The notes under the pieces: model-generated | Seen by the model: only the letters and a program-made list of their open reading frames with translations | Databases searched by the model: none | What the model was told of the DNA's origin: nothing | Sequence record: NZ_CP044066.1 | Length of the DNA stretch: 64,000 nucleotides | Reading direction: 5' to 3' (one strand) | Source: a plasmid | Program-made: the position numbers and the translations under genes | Shown: piece by piece, positions 19,690 to 29,953 of the stretch | Numbering within the stretch: the first letter of the stretch is position 1 | Layout of the letters: the number at the start of each line of letters is the position of its first letter

Positions 19690-20142
19690 GATGATGAGCC
19701 TTGAACAGGGCGGCGCCTGTGTAGTTATCGGCGTGAAAGCGACTCAAGTCAGCCCATCCGAAGTGGGATGAAGGGATGGTGGAATGTTGCCGCGGCCTCT
19801 GTTACCTCGGAATTGAGCTTGACGACGCCCTTGAGATGGCGGAGCAGACTGAAGCGTGACAAACCGCCGGCCGGCGCGCGTGCGCGCTACGATCTGCTAA
19901 TCATGCCCAACACGCCGATAAGCGCACCCCGCATCGACGAAGGAGAAACCCTAATCGATGGCGACCGCTAGGAAACGAGAGCGGCTCTCCTGAGTCTGGC
20001 CAGCGCTTGGAGCGCCACGGAGCTCTCGGCGCTTACTTGCCCGCCCGTTGCGTCGTGTGGCTTCCTGTCGGAGGGCAAATCATCGCGTCTTCCGCGCGCG
20101 ACGAGTGACTTTTCTGGATATTTGCATCTCGCTCTGACTTCG

Positions 20143-20440
20143 CTATCTCATTCCGGGCTCAAAGTTGCAGGGTTGTCGTCCTCGCCATGGAAGCGGGGCG
20201 TGGTGAGCTCGGAAAGCTCGCTTGTCAGCCTTGCCGAAACGAAAATTGACGAAGGCCCGCACCTTTGGCAGGGGATGGCGGGTTGCCGGCCACAAAAGAG
20301 ACAGCGAACCACCTTGATTGAAGTTACCTGAGAGAAGCTCGACAAGCGATCCCTGAGCGATATGGAGCCGCACGGCAAAATCCGGAACGCATGCAATGCC
20401 GTGACCGCGCATCGCGCTGGCGAGCCACCATCGATACGGT
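20143..20440 (-). pseudogene. LysR-family regulator, C-terminal effector-domain fragment only
   Basis: Ends with a typical LysR C-terminus (IACVPDFAVRLHIAQGSLVELL...LLWPATRHPLPKVRAFVNF) but has no N-terminal HTH. It abuts an IS66 TnpA fragment. Confidence 0.5.
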
Positions 20441-20560
20441 CTTGCCCGGCTCCAGGCTCTCTCGAACCCTCGCCGCCTTTTCCTCCGCCGACCACCGCCG
20501 CCGACGCTCCGGCCCCGTCAATACTTCCATCACTTCCTGCTTGCTATTAGGTCTAAACAC
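20440..20560 (-). pseudogene. IS66-family TnpA (orf1) N-terminal fragment
   Basis: EVLTGPERRRRWSAEEKAARVRESLEPGKTVSMVARQ matches the hallmark IS66 orf1 N-terminus (ITG.ERRRRWS.E.K..IV.ES..PG..VS.VARRHG). Similarity stops after about 40 aa. Confidence 0.4.
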
Positions 20561-20761
20561 AGTCGTATGCCTACCCGCTATTTTAAGGTAGAGACCATGT
20601 CCGGCGATTCAGGGGCTGATCCAGTCGGCTGGCTGATGGAGGGGAAATAGTGGCATACGAACTGAGGCGAGCTTCCCCGTGTGCTGCGTTGCCGTCTTAG
20701 TGTCAACGCCAATCGAATGTTGCATGAATATGGCGGACGAAAATTGCATGGCCGAGTCGGG

Positions 20762-21589
20762 TCACGTCATAGATCTCGTTCGTCGGGCGCGACGATCTGA
20801 ATCTGGAGGGTCCAATAGGTCGTCGCGCAGCGCACGAAGATGCTCGGCGTGTTCACGCATGCGATAGCTGTTGCCGCGGATGTTCACCAAATGGCAGTGA
20901 TGAAGGACTCGATCAATGAGCGCCGCTGCCATGACTTCGTCTCCGAACACAGAGCCCCATTCTTCGAATCCTTTGTTCGACGTCAGCACTGTCGATGCTC
21001 GCTCGTAACGCCGGTTCATGAGCTGGAAGAAGAGGACTGCACCCGCGTGAGTGATAGGTAGATAGCCGATCTCGTCGACAACCAGAACTGCAGGGTGGGA
21101 GAGCACGGCGAGTCGGCGCATTAGCTGGCCGGCAGCTTGAGCCTCTTCGAGAGACGCGATCAGATCGATCAGTGTGCCGTAGTACACGCGGCGACCGCGC
21201 TGCGCGGCGGCGATGGCAAGGCTGATCGCGAGATGGCTCTTGCCTACGCCTGGAGGGCCGAGGAGGACAACGTTCTCCTTGCGTTCTACGAAACCAAGCT
21301 CATGCAGGCTCTCGATCTGCTCGCGCTTGATTGAGGGCTGGAAGGCGAAATCGAAGCCCTCCAGCGTCTTTATTGCAGGTAGCCGGGAAGAACGCATTGC
21401 TGCCTGAAGCCGGCGATTGTTACGTAGCGTGATCTGAGCGCCGAGCAGGCGTTGGATAGCTTCCGAGGCAGTGAGCTGGCCACCATCGACTTCGCTGAGA
21501 ATCTGATCCGCCGCTTCCAGCGCGCCGGGCATCTTGAGGTCTGCCAGCATGCTCCGAATTGATTCCCGCGGGGAGCGTGCATTGTTCAT
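20762..21589 (-). CDS. istB: IS21-family helper ATPase IstB
   Basis: Walker A LLGPPGVGKSHLA and Walker B LVVDEIGY. Overlaps the istA stop by 4 nt. Confidence 0.85.
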   Translation of the reverse strand: MNNARSPRESIRSMLADLKMPGALEAADQILSEVDGGQLTASEAIQRLLGAQITLRNNRRLQAAMRSSRLPAIKTLEGFDFAFQPSIKREQIESLHELGFVERKENVVLLGPPGVGKSHLAISLAIAAAQRGRRVYYGTLIDLIASLEEAQAAGQLMRRLAVLSHPAVLVVDEIGYLPITHAGAVLFFQLMNRRYERASTVLTSNKGFEEWGSVFGDEVMAAALIDRVLHHCHLVNIRGNSYRMREHAEHLRALRDDLLDPPDSDRRARRTRSMT

Positions 21590-22647
21590 CGAAAGCCTCC
21601 CGTCAGATTGCGATAAACACTCAGCGGGCGACGCTCTACTTGCGGCAAAGACGGCGGCAGCTTGGCGCGTCCCGTGTCCGGTATGGCGACAACACTGCGA
21701 TACGCCGTTCGCGCCAACGGCTGCAGCGTGGCAAGTTCACCTCGCAGAAATCGAGCGTCTGGCGCCTCTCCCGTGGTCCGATGAATACGTCGATTGGCCT
21801 TCTGGGTGACCCATGACATCGCTTGTGTGTTCAGGTCGGCATCATTGAGGAACGATCGGCCATAGAAGAAGCTCTGGCGAACGTAGCCAATCGGTCGTTC
21901 GACCTTGCCCTTCGTCTGAGCGCGGTACGGACGACATGCACGGATGCGGAAGCCCCAGTGTCCGGCGAAGCGCGCGAACTCTGCGTTCTCGAGCACCTTC
22001 CCGCCATTGGGACGTTGGTCTTCCACCACCACGGCCTTCATCTGGTCGAACAACAGCTCGACAGGCACACCGCCGAAAAAGGCGAATGCCTGCTCCAGGC
22101 CGCGCATCAGAACCTCCATGCTCTGACGCGGATAGAACTGCAGCCAAAGGCGGCGCGAGTAGCTCAGCACGACGAGCAAGGCGTAGCGCCGACCCCACGG
22201 CAAGCGGAATTCGGCGAAGTCGACTTGAGCCTGGCGGCCTGCGGGCGTCTCGAAGCGCACGACCGGCTCCGGCACTGCGCCAGGACGAGCCTTGCGCACG
22301 AACTCCTTGACCTGCGTATAGCCCCCCTCGTAGCCGGCCGCGCGGATCTCCTCGAACAAGCGCGTGGCGCTCAGCCTTGGATACTCCGCCAGTCTCGCTG
22401 TGATGATGCCGCCGAAGCGATCGATCTTGTGCGACACCTGCGGCCGCGGGCTGTAGCGCACGGGGGCATGATCCTGGCCTCGATCTAGCTCGCCGGAATC
22501 GATCCAGTAGTAAAGCGTGCGAAGGCTCACGCCCAGTTGCCGGGCGATCTCAGCCTTGGGCAGCCCTTGCTCCAGGTAGTGACGCAATAGCACGCGTTGT
22601 TCCCTCCCGTACATGGCCGGCTCCACACTCTCTCGTGAAGCTTCCAC
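21586..22647 (-). CDS. istA: IS21-family transposase IstA
   Basis: N-terminal HTH (KAEIARQLGVSLRTLYYW) and DDE integrase core (...VDFAEF...YSRR...). Confidence 0.85.
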   Translation of the reverse strand: MEASRESVEPAMYGREQRVLLRHYLEQGLPKAEIARQLGVSLRTLYYWIDSGELDRGQDHAPVRYSPRPQVSHKIDRFGGIITARLAEYPRLSATRLFEEIRAAGYEGGYTQVKEFVRKARPGAVPEPVVRFETPAGRQAQVDFAEFRLPWGRRYALLVVLSYSRRLWLQFYPRQSMEVLMRGLEQAFAFFGGVPVELLFDQMKAVVVEDQRPNGGKVLENAEFARFAGHWGFRIRACRPYRAQTKGKVERPIGYVRQSFFYGRSFLNDADLNTQAMSWVTQKANRRIHRTTGEAPDARFLRGELATLQPLARTAYRSVVAIPDTGRAKLPPSLPQVERRPLSVYRNLTGGFR

Positions 22648-23252
22648 CTTGCACGACCGTGCAAAATTCGTCCGCCAATACCATGCAATTTACGTCCGCC
22701 ACCCACACTTAGCCGGTAGAAGCGCGATAATTACTCGCTCAATCAGCACTCGTAGCCGCGAGCTGTGGATATTCGGGGCGACGCCGGTGGTCCGCTGAAA
22801 GACCCCAAAACAGCTTGCGCCAGCTAGTGCCTCCGCCACTAGCAGAAGGGTTCAACCGTCACCTTAAACCTTGAGTGTTCCGCAATAAACGCCGTGCCAG
22901 CACGTGCCTGTATTGCTCCCAGATCGGTCATCACGCTTCCCGTGCGGGCCACAGAATCAGGCGTTCGCGAGCAGCTAGCATCAAGTGGCAGCAGACTGCC
23001 GTAGAGAAATAGCCGGTCTGCCACGACTCCCTACCCATTACCCTTTTAGGGGGCGCCTACTTATCGGCGCCGCAGCCCGATCTTTACCGCGATTTACCTC
23101 ATTTAACTTCTGTCGAATCACATAAAAGTATATCGTAAGGCACTACGTGCACCTCACGTGTGAACCCCCGGCACCCGTTATCTAAGGCGAGAGCGATGCG
23201 CGGAGATGAGACCAGGGCGCCCGCTTACTGTCGATTGGAGACGAGTCTTGCC

Positions 23253-23654
23253 ATGAGCGCATTCTACGTGTTCGACAATTGTCAGCTTATCCCCGCGCGT
23301 CAACTTCTGCTTCGCGCCGGCCAGCCAGTTAAAGTTGGAGGGCGCGCATTCTCGATCCTCCTAGCACTGGTGCAACGACCGGGAGAGATCGTTAGCGCCG
23401 CTTACCTGCTCCAAGAAGTTTGGCAAGCGACGGTGGTCGAACCAAGCAATCTGAAGGTGCATGTTGCCGCCCTGCGACGTGCTCTAGGTGACCAGAACAA
23501 CGAGCCGCGGCTGATCTCGACCATAGTGGGACGCGGATATCGGTTCATTGCGCCCGTCGTCCAGTACGAAGTACCCGCCAGTTTTCAACAGGCCACCTCC
23601 AGCGTGCGACCAAGAATCGTGGACCCCATCACCATGTTTGAAATTTCGATATAG
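23253..23654 (+). CDS. Stand-alone CadC/ToxR (OmpR/PhoB-type) winged-helix DNA-binding domain protein
   Basis: trans_reg_C-like sequence (RAFSILLALVQRPGEIVSAAYLLQEVWQATVVEPSNLKVHVAALRRALGD...RGYRF). No TM or sensor domain follows. Confidence 0.6.
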   Translation: MSAFYVFDNCQLIPARQLLLRAGQPVKVGGRAFSILLALVQRPGEIVSAAYLLQEVWQATVVEPSNLKVHVAALRRALGDQNNEPRLISTIVGRGYRFIAPVVQYEVPASFQQATSSVRPRIVDPITMFEISI

Positions 23655-24182
23655 GGATGTATGTCCGGGCAGCAACTTTAAGTCAGGACTGCGACTCTGC
23701 TCAGCGCAAACCTCTCAGGGCATGACACTCGGCCAGTGAGATTGTGCAGCCTACCTTCACCCTCGTCGCTGAAGGTCGCCCCTCGCCTCCCCCAGATTAC
23801 CACTGAGCGCCAGGCACGAAGAGTCTCTGCGAGAAACACTGAATTCAAGAGATTTATAAGTAACTTATGGCATGTCGGATTTTTGGGCGCGGATGCGCTT
23901 ATGCCGTAGTCGCAGATTGAACCGACGCAAGTGAGCACCATTCTCATCGAACGCATGCGTGTTTGCTCAACAGTGCGGATCGACCAATATTATTAGGGTT
24001 ACAAGAGGAATCGCCTGCGCGCTTCACCGCTTCAGTTCCGCGTTTATTGGCAGCGACTCGCCCCTCGAACAGGGCGGTGATCTTTAGTGCGCTAGAATCG
24101 CGCGCAGGCGACCCAGATTGGACGCCACCGACCTCGCTGAACGCGGCAGGACGGTACATATCTATAACCTCGGGTACGGTCC

Positions 24183-26177
24183 ATGTCTTGCCACTTTCCC
24201 CCTGGCGCTTGCGCTCGCCACTTCGCCTTATTCCCCGCCACCCACCGCAAACGCCGGTTGCTTGCGAAGCTCCAAAGGCACCGCACGATACTCTGGGTGC
24301 TATTGGCGTTGCTACTCACCTACGTGCTGTCCGGCTGCGGCAATGACGATGCGGGGCTTCAGTCCCCCTCCGGGCTGACCTACAGCATGACCTCGTCTAC
24401 CTATCAGGTCGGCGCTGCGATTGTGGCGAATCGCCCAACCGCAAGTGGTGGCGCAGTCGACCACTATACGATCACGCCCGCACTGCCAGCCGGCCTCTTG
24501 ATCGATCCGGTCACCGGCGTCATCAGCGGCACACCCATTATCGCGAGTGTGCCGACCGTCTATATGGTCACGGCGCACAACGCGACCGGCAGCGCCACCG
24601 CACGCGTAGAGATCGAAGTGCGCAGCATCGCAGCCGTTCCGGCGACGCTGACCTATCGCGAAGCGACAGTCACCTACTCGATCGGCGTCGCCATCACCGC
24701 CAACACACCCACGAGTAGCGGTGGCCCGATCACGTCCTACAGCGTCACGCCGGCGCTTCCGGCCGGTCTTTCGCTTGACCCCCAGTCCGGCGTAATCACC
24801 GGCACGCCAACCGCTATCACGCCGGAGGCGATCTACACTGTAACCGGAAGCAACGCGGCAGGAAGCACCACGGCACAGCTGCAGATTACTGTGCAGGCCA
24901 GCGTCCTCGCCCCCACCGGCCTGACGTTTTCCACGCTGTCTGCCCTCTACGTCACGACCGAACCGATTACGCCGAACGCGCCCATGGCGACTGGCGGCCC
25001 GATTGCCACATTCAGCGTCTCACCAGCGCTACCTTCCGGCCTGAGCCTCAACGCGACTACGGGGGTCATTAGCGGTACGCCTGCGGCAGTCCAATCGTCG
25101 GTTGTCTACACCATTACCGGCAGTAACGCTGCCGGCAGCGTGCAGGCACAGGTGCGAATCACTGTGACCTCGCGGGGCACCTGGAGCACAGCCGCGCCAC
25201 TCCTTGTGCCTGTGCATTACTTCACAGCCACCCGCCTGAACGACGGCCGCGTGCTGGTCGCTGGCGGATTTGGCGCCAGTGGCATTACCGCCCGGGCGGA
25301 ACTCTTTGACCCCGCAACCAATACCTGGCAGCTTACCGGCACAATGCAATCCGCGCGCAGTGGGCACACAGCGACGCTGCTGCCCGACGGCCGCGTGCTG
25401 GTTGCGGGCGGTGAGGCCACCTTTCCGGTGGCCATCGACAGCGCCGAAACCTACGATCCGGCTACCGGCGTCTGGACGCCGGCTGGCAACATGAGCGAGG
25501 CGCGAGAGAACCATACCGCCACGCTGCTGCAAAACGGCAAGGTGCTAGTCGCAGGCGGCTTTGCTCTGAGCGGCAGCGTGACCTTTCGAAACAGCATGGA
25601 CCTTTTCGATCCAGCCACCAATGCGTGGACGCCGATGACAACGGCATTGGCTGTCCCACGCGGACAGCATGCGGCGGGCCTCCTGCCGGATGGCAACGTT
25701 TTGCTGATGGGTGGAGTGAACGGACTCGGCTTTATTGCAAATGCCGAGCGAGTCGCAGTCGACGATAGCGGTACGACGACCGAGGCATTCCCTATATCTG
25801 GCAACGTGACCGTAGCAACTCGACTTGCCGATGGGACCTTCCTTGCCTCGACCGACGGCTCTATCAATGCCCAGCGCTACACACCGTCCGCATCCACCTG
25901 GACTACCAGCACGATGCTATTACAACGGTCGATACCAACGATCACAACGCTCGCAGACGGGCGCGTACTTGTAGCGGGCGGCACCACGGCCGGTGGCATT
26001 CGTACAACGTCGACCGAAATCTACAACCCCGATACCAATACTTGGACCGTCGGCGCCCCAATGGCTACCGGCCGGAACGCGGCCCAAGCTGTACTGCTTG
26101 CCGACGGCACCGTGCTTATGATCAGCGGATTCAGCGGCAGTGGCGAAGTGCCCACCGTCGAGCGCTTCCAGCCTTAG
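24183..26177 (+). CDS. Large lipoprotein with four putative-Ig (He_PIG) repeats followed by a Kelch/galactose-oxidase-type beta-propeller
   Basis: Lipobox LLTYVLSGCGND. Four roughly 80-aa repeats each contain (Y/F)(T/S)(I/V)(T/S)PALP(A/S)GL(L/S)(I/L)DP.(T/S)GVI(S/T)GTP. Repeated DGRVLVAGG, ATLLPDG and LFDP.TN.W Kelch blades follow. The true start may be a non-ATG codon nearer the signal peptide. Confidence 0.7.
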   Translation: MSCHFPPGACARHFALFPATHRKRRLLAKLQRHRTILWVLLALLLTYVLSGCGNDDAGLQSPSGLTYSMTSSTYQVGAAIVANRPTASGGAVDHYTITPALPAGLLIDPVTGVISGTPIIASVPTVYMVTAHNATGSATARVEIEVRSIAAVPATLTYREATVTYSIGVAITANTPTSSGGPITSYSVTPALPAGLSLDPQSGVITGTPTAITPEAIYTVTGSNAAGSTTAQLQITVQASVLAPTGLTFSTLSALYVTTEPITPNAPMATGGPIATFSVSPALPSGLSLNATTGVISGTPAAVQSSVVYTITGSNAAGSVQAQVRITVTSRGTWSTAAPLLVPVHYFTATRLNDGRVLVAGGFGASGITARAELFDPATNTWQLTGTMQSARSGHTATLLPDGRVLVAGGEATFPVAIDSAETYDPATGVWTPAGNMSEARENHTATLLQNGKVLVAGGFALSGSVTFRNSMDLFDPATNAWTPMTTALAVPRGQHAAGLLPDGNVLLMGGVNGLGFIANAERVAVDDSGTTTEAFPISGNVTVATRLADGTFLASTDGSINAQRYTPSASTWTTSTMLLQRSIPTITTLADGRVLVAGGTTAGGIRTTSTEIYNPDTNTWTVGAPMATGRNAAQAVLLADGTVLMISGFSGSGEVPTVERFQP

Positions 26178-26932
26178 TTGGAGTATCGAGAGTCCAGTGC
26201 TGGCGAGGGCAGCGTGCTTACGCTGTCCCCGCCACTAGGTATTCGGATTTGGTCGCTCCTCGGTTATGCAGGGTGCCGCACGCCTGTGCGTTCATTGCAG
26301 TGCGATCCGGAAGTTACGCCTGCAAATCCAACTCGACTTTCGCAGCCGATAACAACGGGCGCTATGTGAAGATTCGGTTGATGACGAAGCAAAGTGTGCC
26401 TGTTCCCCGCTGCAGTCGGCAATCTGCCTGTTCCCAATGGACGGCGGCGAAGGGTCCGCGTCTGCGAATGGCCGCCACTTTGCGAAGTTCTCCTGGCAAA
26501 CGGTCGCTTGCCGGCCAAAAGCGGCGGAAAGACGTTTTGGCGTAACGCCGCAACAGTACCGCCCCAACTCTCGGCCCCCGAATGAAGGCGACAAGGACTG
26601 AGGTGTCTGTTGAGTGTTGGCCAAACTATCAGCTCGCTCATGAGACCGCGGAACTCCCACGCGCCGCGCTGCCGGTTTTGGGAGGGGTCGTCCGCCTGAT
26701 CTACACCTTGTGTGTTGATAGGTGCGACGAGAGGTATGCCCGTACCAGCATACGATGATCGACGGCATATCGGAGACTCGTTGCGCAACTGATTCTTGGC
26801 ATCGGAGTCGGCGGTATGCAGAGGTCGCTGTTCGCAAGGCACACGCGAGCGTCCGATTCTGTACGATATGTCGGATTCAGACGTGCCGCCCTACGCTCCA
26901 ATTTGTTCGCCCGATGATAAGCTGTTGCGACC

Positions 26933-27562
26933 ATGTCCGTCATCGATATCCCCGACAGCGCTCTTGCTCGTGCCGCGACCCAACTGATCCGCGATACCGA
27001 AAGCGAGATGCTGTTTGCTCACTCGGTGCGCGTCTACCTCTGGGGCGCCATGATCGGCCGGCGCCGCGCGCAGAGCTTCGATCTCGAGATGCTTTACATC
27101 GCGGCGATGTTCCATGACATCGGTCTCACCGACCAATATCGCGACAGCGAGTTGCGCTTCGAAGTCGATGGTGCTCACGCAGCACGCGATTTCCTGCGTA
27201 GCCATGGCATCGCGGAAGCGGACGTCGAGCGGGTATGGCTGGCCATCGCGCTTCACACCACGCCCGGCATTCCCGAGCATCTGCATCCCGAAATCGCACT
27301 TGTGCAGGCCGGCGCTGGCATGGATGTGGCAGGGCGCGGCTACGACGACTTCACCGATGCGCAGCGCAATGCAGTAGTGTCTGCTTACCCGCGAGGCGAC
27401 GGCTTCGGCGCGCGCATGATCGATGCGTTTTACGCAGGCATGGCGCACCGTCCGGCGAGCACCTTCGGCACGTTCAACGACGACTTCCTGGCGCACAAGG
27501 ATTCCGGCTTCCAGCGCGTCGATCTGTGTCGCATCATCCTGAGTTCCCGCTGGGAGACCTGA
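26933..27562 (+). CDS. HD-domain phosphohydrolase family protein
   Basis: HD motif context AAMFHDIGL with downstream His/Asp (LHT, D). Confidence 0.75.
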   Translation: MSVIDIPDSALARAATQLIRDTESEMLFAHSVRVYLWGAMIGRRRAQSFDLEMLYIAAMFHDIGLTDQYRDSELRFEVDGAHAARDFLRSHGIAEADVERVWLAIALHTTPGIPEHLHPEIALVQAGAGMDVAGRGYDDFTDAQRNAVVSAYPRGDGFGARMIDAFYAGMAHRPASTFGTFNDDFLAHKDSGFQRVDLCRIILSSRWET

Positions 27563-27585
27563 TCCCCTGAGGTGAGCCTTCTCGC

Positions 27586-28449
27586 TCAAGTGACGGCCGG
27601 ATGATCAGCAAACGTCCTTAGCAGGAAGTCCATAACCACCCGTATCTGCGGCGAATAGCGCAGGTCTCGATGCACCGCCATCCAGATGTCCTGAAAGAAG
27701 GCTTCGCCGTTGTGCGAGAGGCGCTGTAATGTCATATCGCGCTCAGCAAGGAAGTCCGGTAGGCCCGCCACACCAGCGCCTGCTCGCGCTGCTATCAGGT
27801 GGTTGTTGATATCCTTGATCTCGCAGGATATGGGCCTTCCCTTTGCAACCCCCATTAGCCATGCGCGCTGCCGCACGCCAGCAAATCCTGCGTCGTAGGC
27901 GATGAATTCCCATGCGGATGGATCGTGCAGATGTGCATAGTCCTTGCTGGCGTACAAGCTAAACGACACGCGTCCTAGCTTTCTTACGACACTCGTCGGC
28001 TCATCCGGCCGCGTCATTCTCAGGACGACATCCGCCTCCCGCCGGCTGAGAGACACCTGCCGCGCCTCGCCGCGGACAGAAAGCTGTATGCCGGGATTTT
28101 CATGCCGAAAACCCGCAAGATGCTTTAGCAGGAAATTCGCCATCAGCGCGGGCGGTGCGCTCACCGTTACCTTGCCGCTGGGTGGACTACGGCTCGCATC
28201 GAGGAGGCGTTCGATTGCGTCGGCGGCCTCTTCCATCGCCTGCGCGAGTTCATATACACGTTGGCCCAGCGGCGTGAGGCTGCAAGCCCTGGGCAGCCGT
28301 TCGATCAGGCGCGCGTGGATTTTCGCCTCCAGTGCAGCGAGACGACGACTGATCGTGGCGTGATCTACCTCGAGGTGTCGTGCCGCACCTGACATCGTTC
28401 CCAGGCGAGCAACGGCCAGAAAGTAACGAATGCTTTCCCAATCGGTCAT
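27586..28449 (-). CDS. LysR-family transcriptional regulator
   Basis: Start at MTDWESIRYFLAVARLGTMSGAARHLEVDHATISRRL. Divergent from the MBL hydrolase gene. Confidence 0.85.
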   Translation of the reverse strand: MTDWESIRYFLAVARLGTMSGAARHLEVDHATISRRLAALEAKIHARLIERLPRACSLTPLGQRVYELAQAMEEAADAIERLLDASRSPPSGKVTVSAPPALMANFLLKHLAGFRHENPGIQLSVRGEARQVSLSRREADVVLRMTRPDEPTSVVRKLGRVSFSLYASKDYAHLHDPSAWEFIAYDAGFAGVRQRAWLMGVAKGRPISCEIKDINNHLIAARAGAGVAGLPDFLAERDMTLQRLSHNGEAFFQDIWMAVHRDLRYSPQIRVVMDFLLRTFADHPAVT

Positions 28450-28552
28450 CTGTGCATTTTCGCGGGGATGGGTTGCGAGTCTGGGGAGTATCCGCGCAGT
28501 CCGGAGATCCGTATGCTCACTGCTATTCATCATTCCCGCAAGGAAGTTCCTC
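28450..28552. promoter_or_regulatory. Divergent LysR/target intergenic control region
   Basis: 103-bp intergenic region between the divergent LysR (start 28449) and MBL (start 28553) genes. SD aggaag precedes the MBL ATG. Confidence 0.4.
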
Positions 28553-29536
28553 ATGTCTCGTCTGAATACCACCAAAATGTCCGAATTGAAGCTATCCGCC
28601 GCACGGGCACTGGTGCTGCTTGCATTTGGCGCTTCACATGCGTACGCGGCCGCCGCACCGGATGATTACTTCCATACCGGAGCCGGCGCCAGATATCTGC
28701 GCCGTGCCGATGAAGACATCGTCGCGAAGCCGCTGCGCGGCGGTGTGACCGTCCTGATGGGTTCCGGCGGCAACATTACCGTCCTGACGGGCGAAGACGG
28801 CAAGTTCCTCGTTGACGCTGGCATCAGCAAGAAGCATGAGAAGGTTCGGGCCGCGCTCGATCGGCTAGGAGACGCACCGATCCGTTACGTGGTCAACACG
28901 CATTGGCATTGGGACCACACCGACGGCAATGCGTGGATGCATGAAGCCGGGGCCACTATTGTTGCCCATGAGAATACAGCGCGGCACTTGACCGAGACGA
29001 CGCATGTGAACGCGTGGAATTGGACCTTCGATCCCGTCCCCGCGGCGGCACGCCCGACCGTATTGATTGACGACAGAAAGGAGTTCGACTTCGCAGGCAC
29101 CACGATTGATGTCGAGAACTTCGGATACGGCCATACCGACGGCGACTTGTGGGTCTATTTCAAGGATGCCGATGTTCTGGCGCTTGGCGATACCTTCTGG
29201 AACGGCTTCTATCCGTACATCGATAACGAGGACGGTGGCAGCATCGACGGCGCCATCAAATGGGCCAGCGAAGCCGTCGCTCGGACGACGGACCACACGA
29301 TCGTGGTACCCGGTCACGGCGCGGTGGGTACTCGCGCTCAGTTGATCGCATTCCGCGATATGCTCGTCACCGTCCGCGCAAATGTGGCAGCGCTAAAACA
29401 TCAGGGCAAGACCATCGACGAAATCGTTGCTGCTCGACCGACAGCTGCCTTCGATGACAAATGGGGAAATTTCGTCTTCAACGGCGAGCAGTTTACCCGG
29501 ATGGTTTTTGCAGGCCTGAATTCCCGCGGGAGTTAA
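28553..29536 (+). CDS. MBL-fold metallo-hydrolase (secreted)
   Basis: Signal peptide and HxHxDH motif (NTHWHWDHTDGN), then GHTDGD and VVPGHG. Confidence 0.8.
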   Translation: MSRLNTTKMSELKLSAARALVLLAFGASHAYAAAAPDDYFHTGAGARYLRRADEDIVAKPLRGGVTVLMGSGGNITVLTGEDGKFLVDAGISKKHEKVRAALDRLGDAPIRYVVNTHWHWDHTDGNAWMHEAGATIVAHENTARHLTETTHVNAWNWTFDPVPAAARPTVLIDDRKEFDFAGTTIDVENFGYGHTDGDLWVYFKDADVLALGDTFWNGFYPYIDNEDGGSIDGAIKWASEAVARTTDHTIVVPGHGAVGTRAQLIAFRDMLVTVRANVAALKHQGKTIDEIVAARPTAAFDDKWGNFVFNGEQFTRMVFAGLNSRGS

Positions 29537-29953
29537 CCCTTCGCGGCGCTCGCCGCTATCTGGAGATCTCGAGTCGCCGGCAAATACGCTGGTGACGCGC
29601 TCCACGTTGCTGTACTCGCGATCGCCGCGTTGACCGATGTGACCGTACCCCGCGCACATGCCCCTCTTGCTGATCTGCGTCAGCTGGCGGCGCTGAGTAC
29701 AAACAGCCACGCCCGTTGAATAGAAAAGAACCGCCGTGGCTACCGTGAGAGCCAGTGGCGGTTGAACTACTATTGGGACAACGCCGCCAGTATCAATGTG
29801 GAAGTCAACGCTTTCAATTCAATTCTGACTGGCCAGAATCTCGGCCAATAGGCCGATCGCCGAGCGGCGGACGGAGTACGAAGCAGACACCTCGTTGCAG
29901 AGTGGTTCGATCGCTGTCAGGGCCGTATGGTCCGCGCCTCTTGACCTGCTGCC

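Larger units (their letters stand above)
20701..22707 (-). mobile_element. IS21-family insertion sequence (istA-istB), apparently intact, with 5-bp target-site duplication CTTAG
   Basis: Termini are 5'-TGTCAACGCC... and ...CCACCCACA-3' (TG/CA ends). Both ends carry multiple sub-terminal repeats of GGCGGACG(A/T)AAATTGCATGG. Identical CTTAG flanks the element at 20696-20700 and 22708-22712. Confidence 0.75.

Noticed and set aside
24312-25867. Several 70 to 170-aa minus-strand ORFs inside the lipoprotein gene
   Set aside because: Antisense ORFs of a repetitive GC-rich coding region, with no SD or homology signal.
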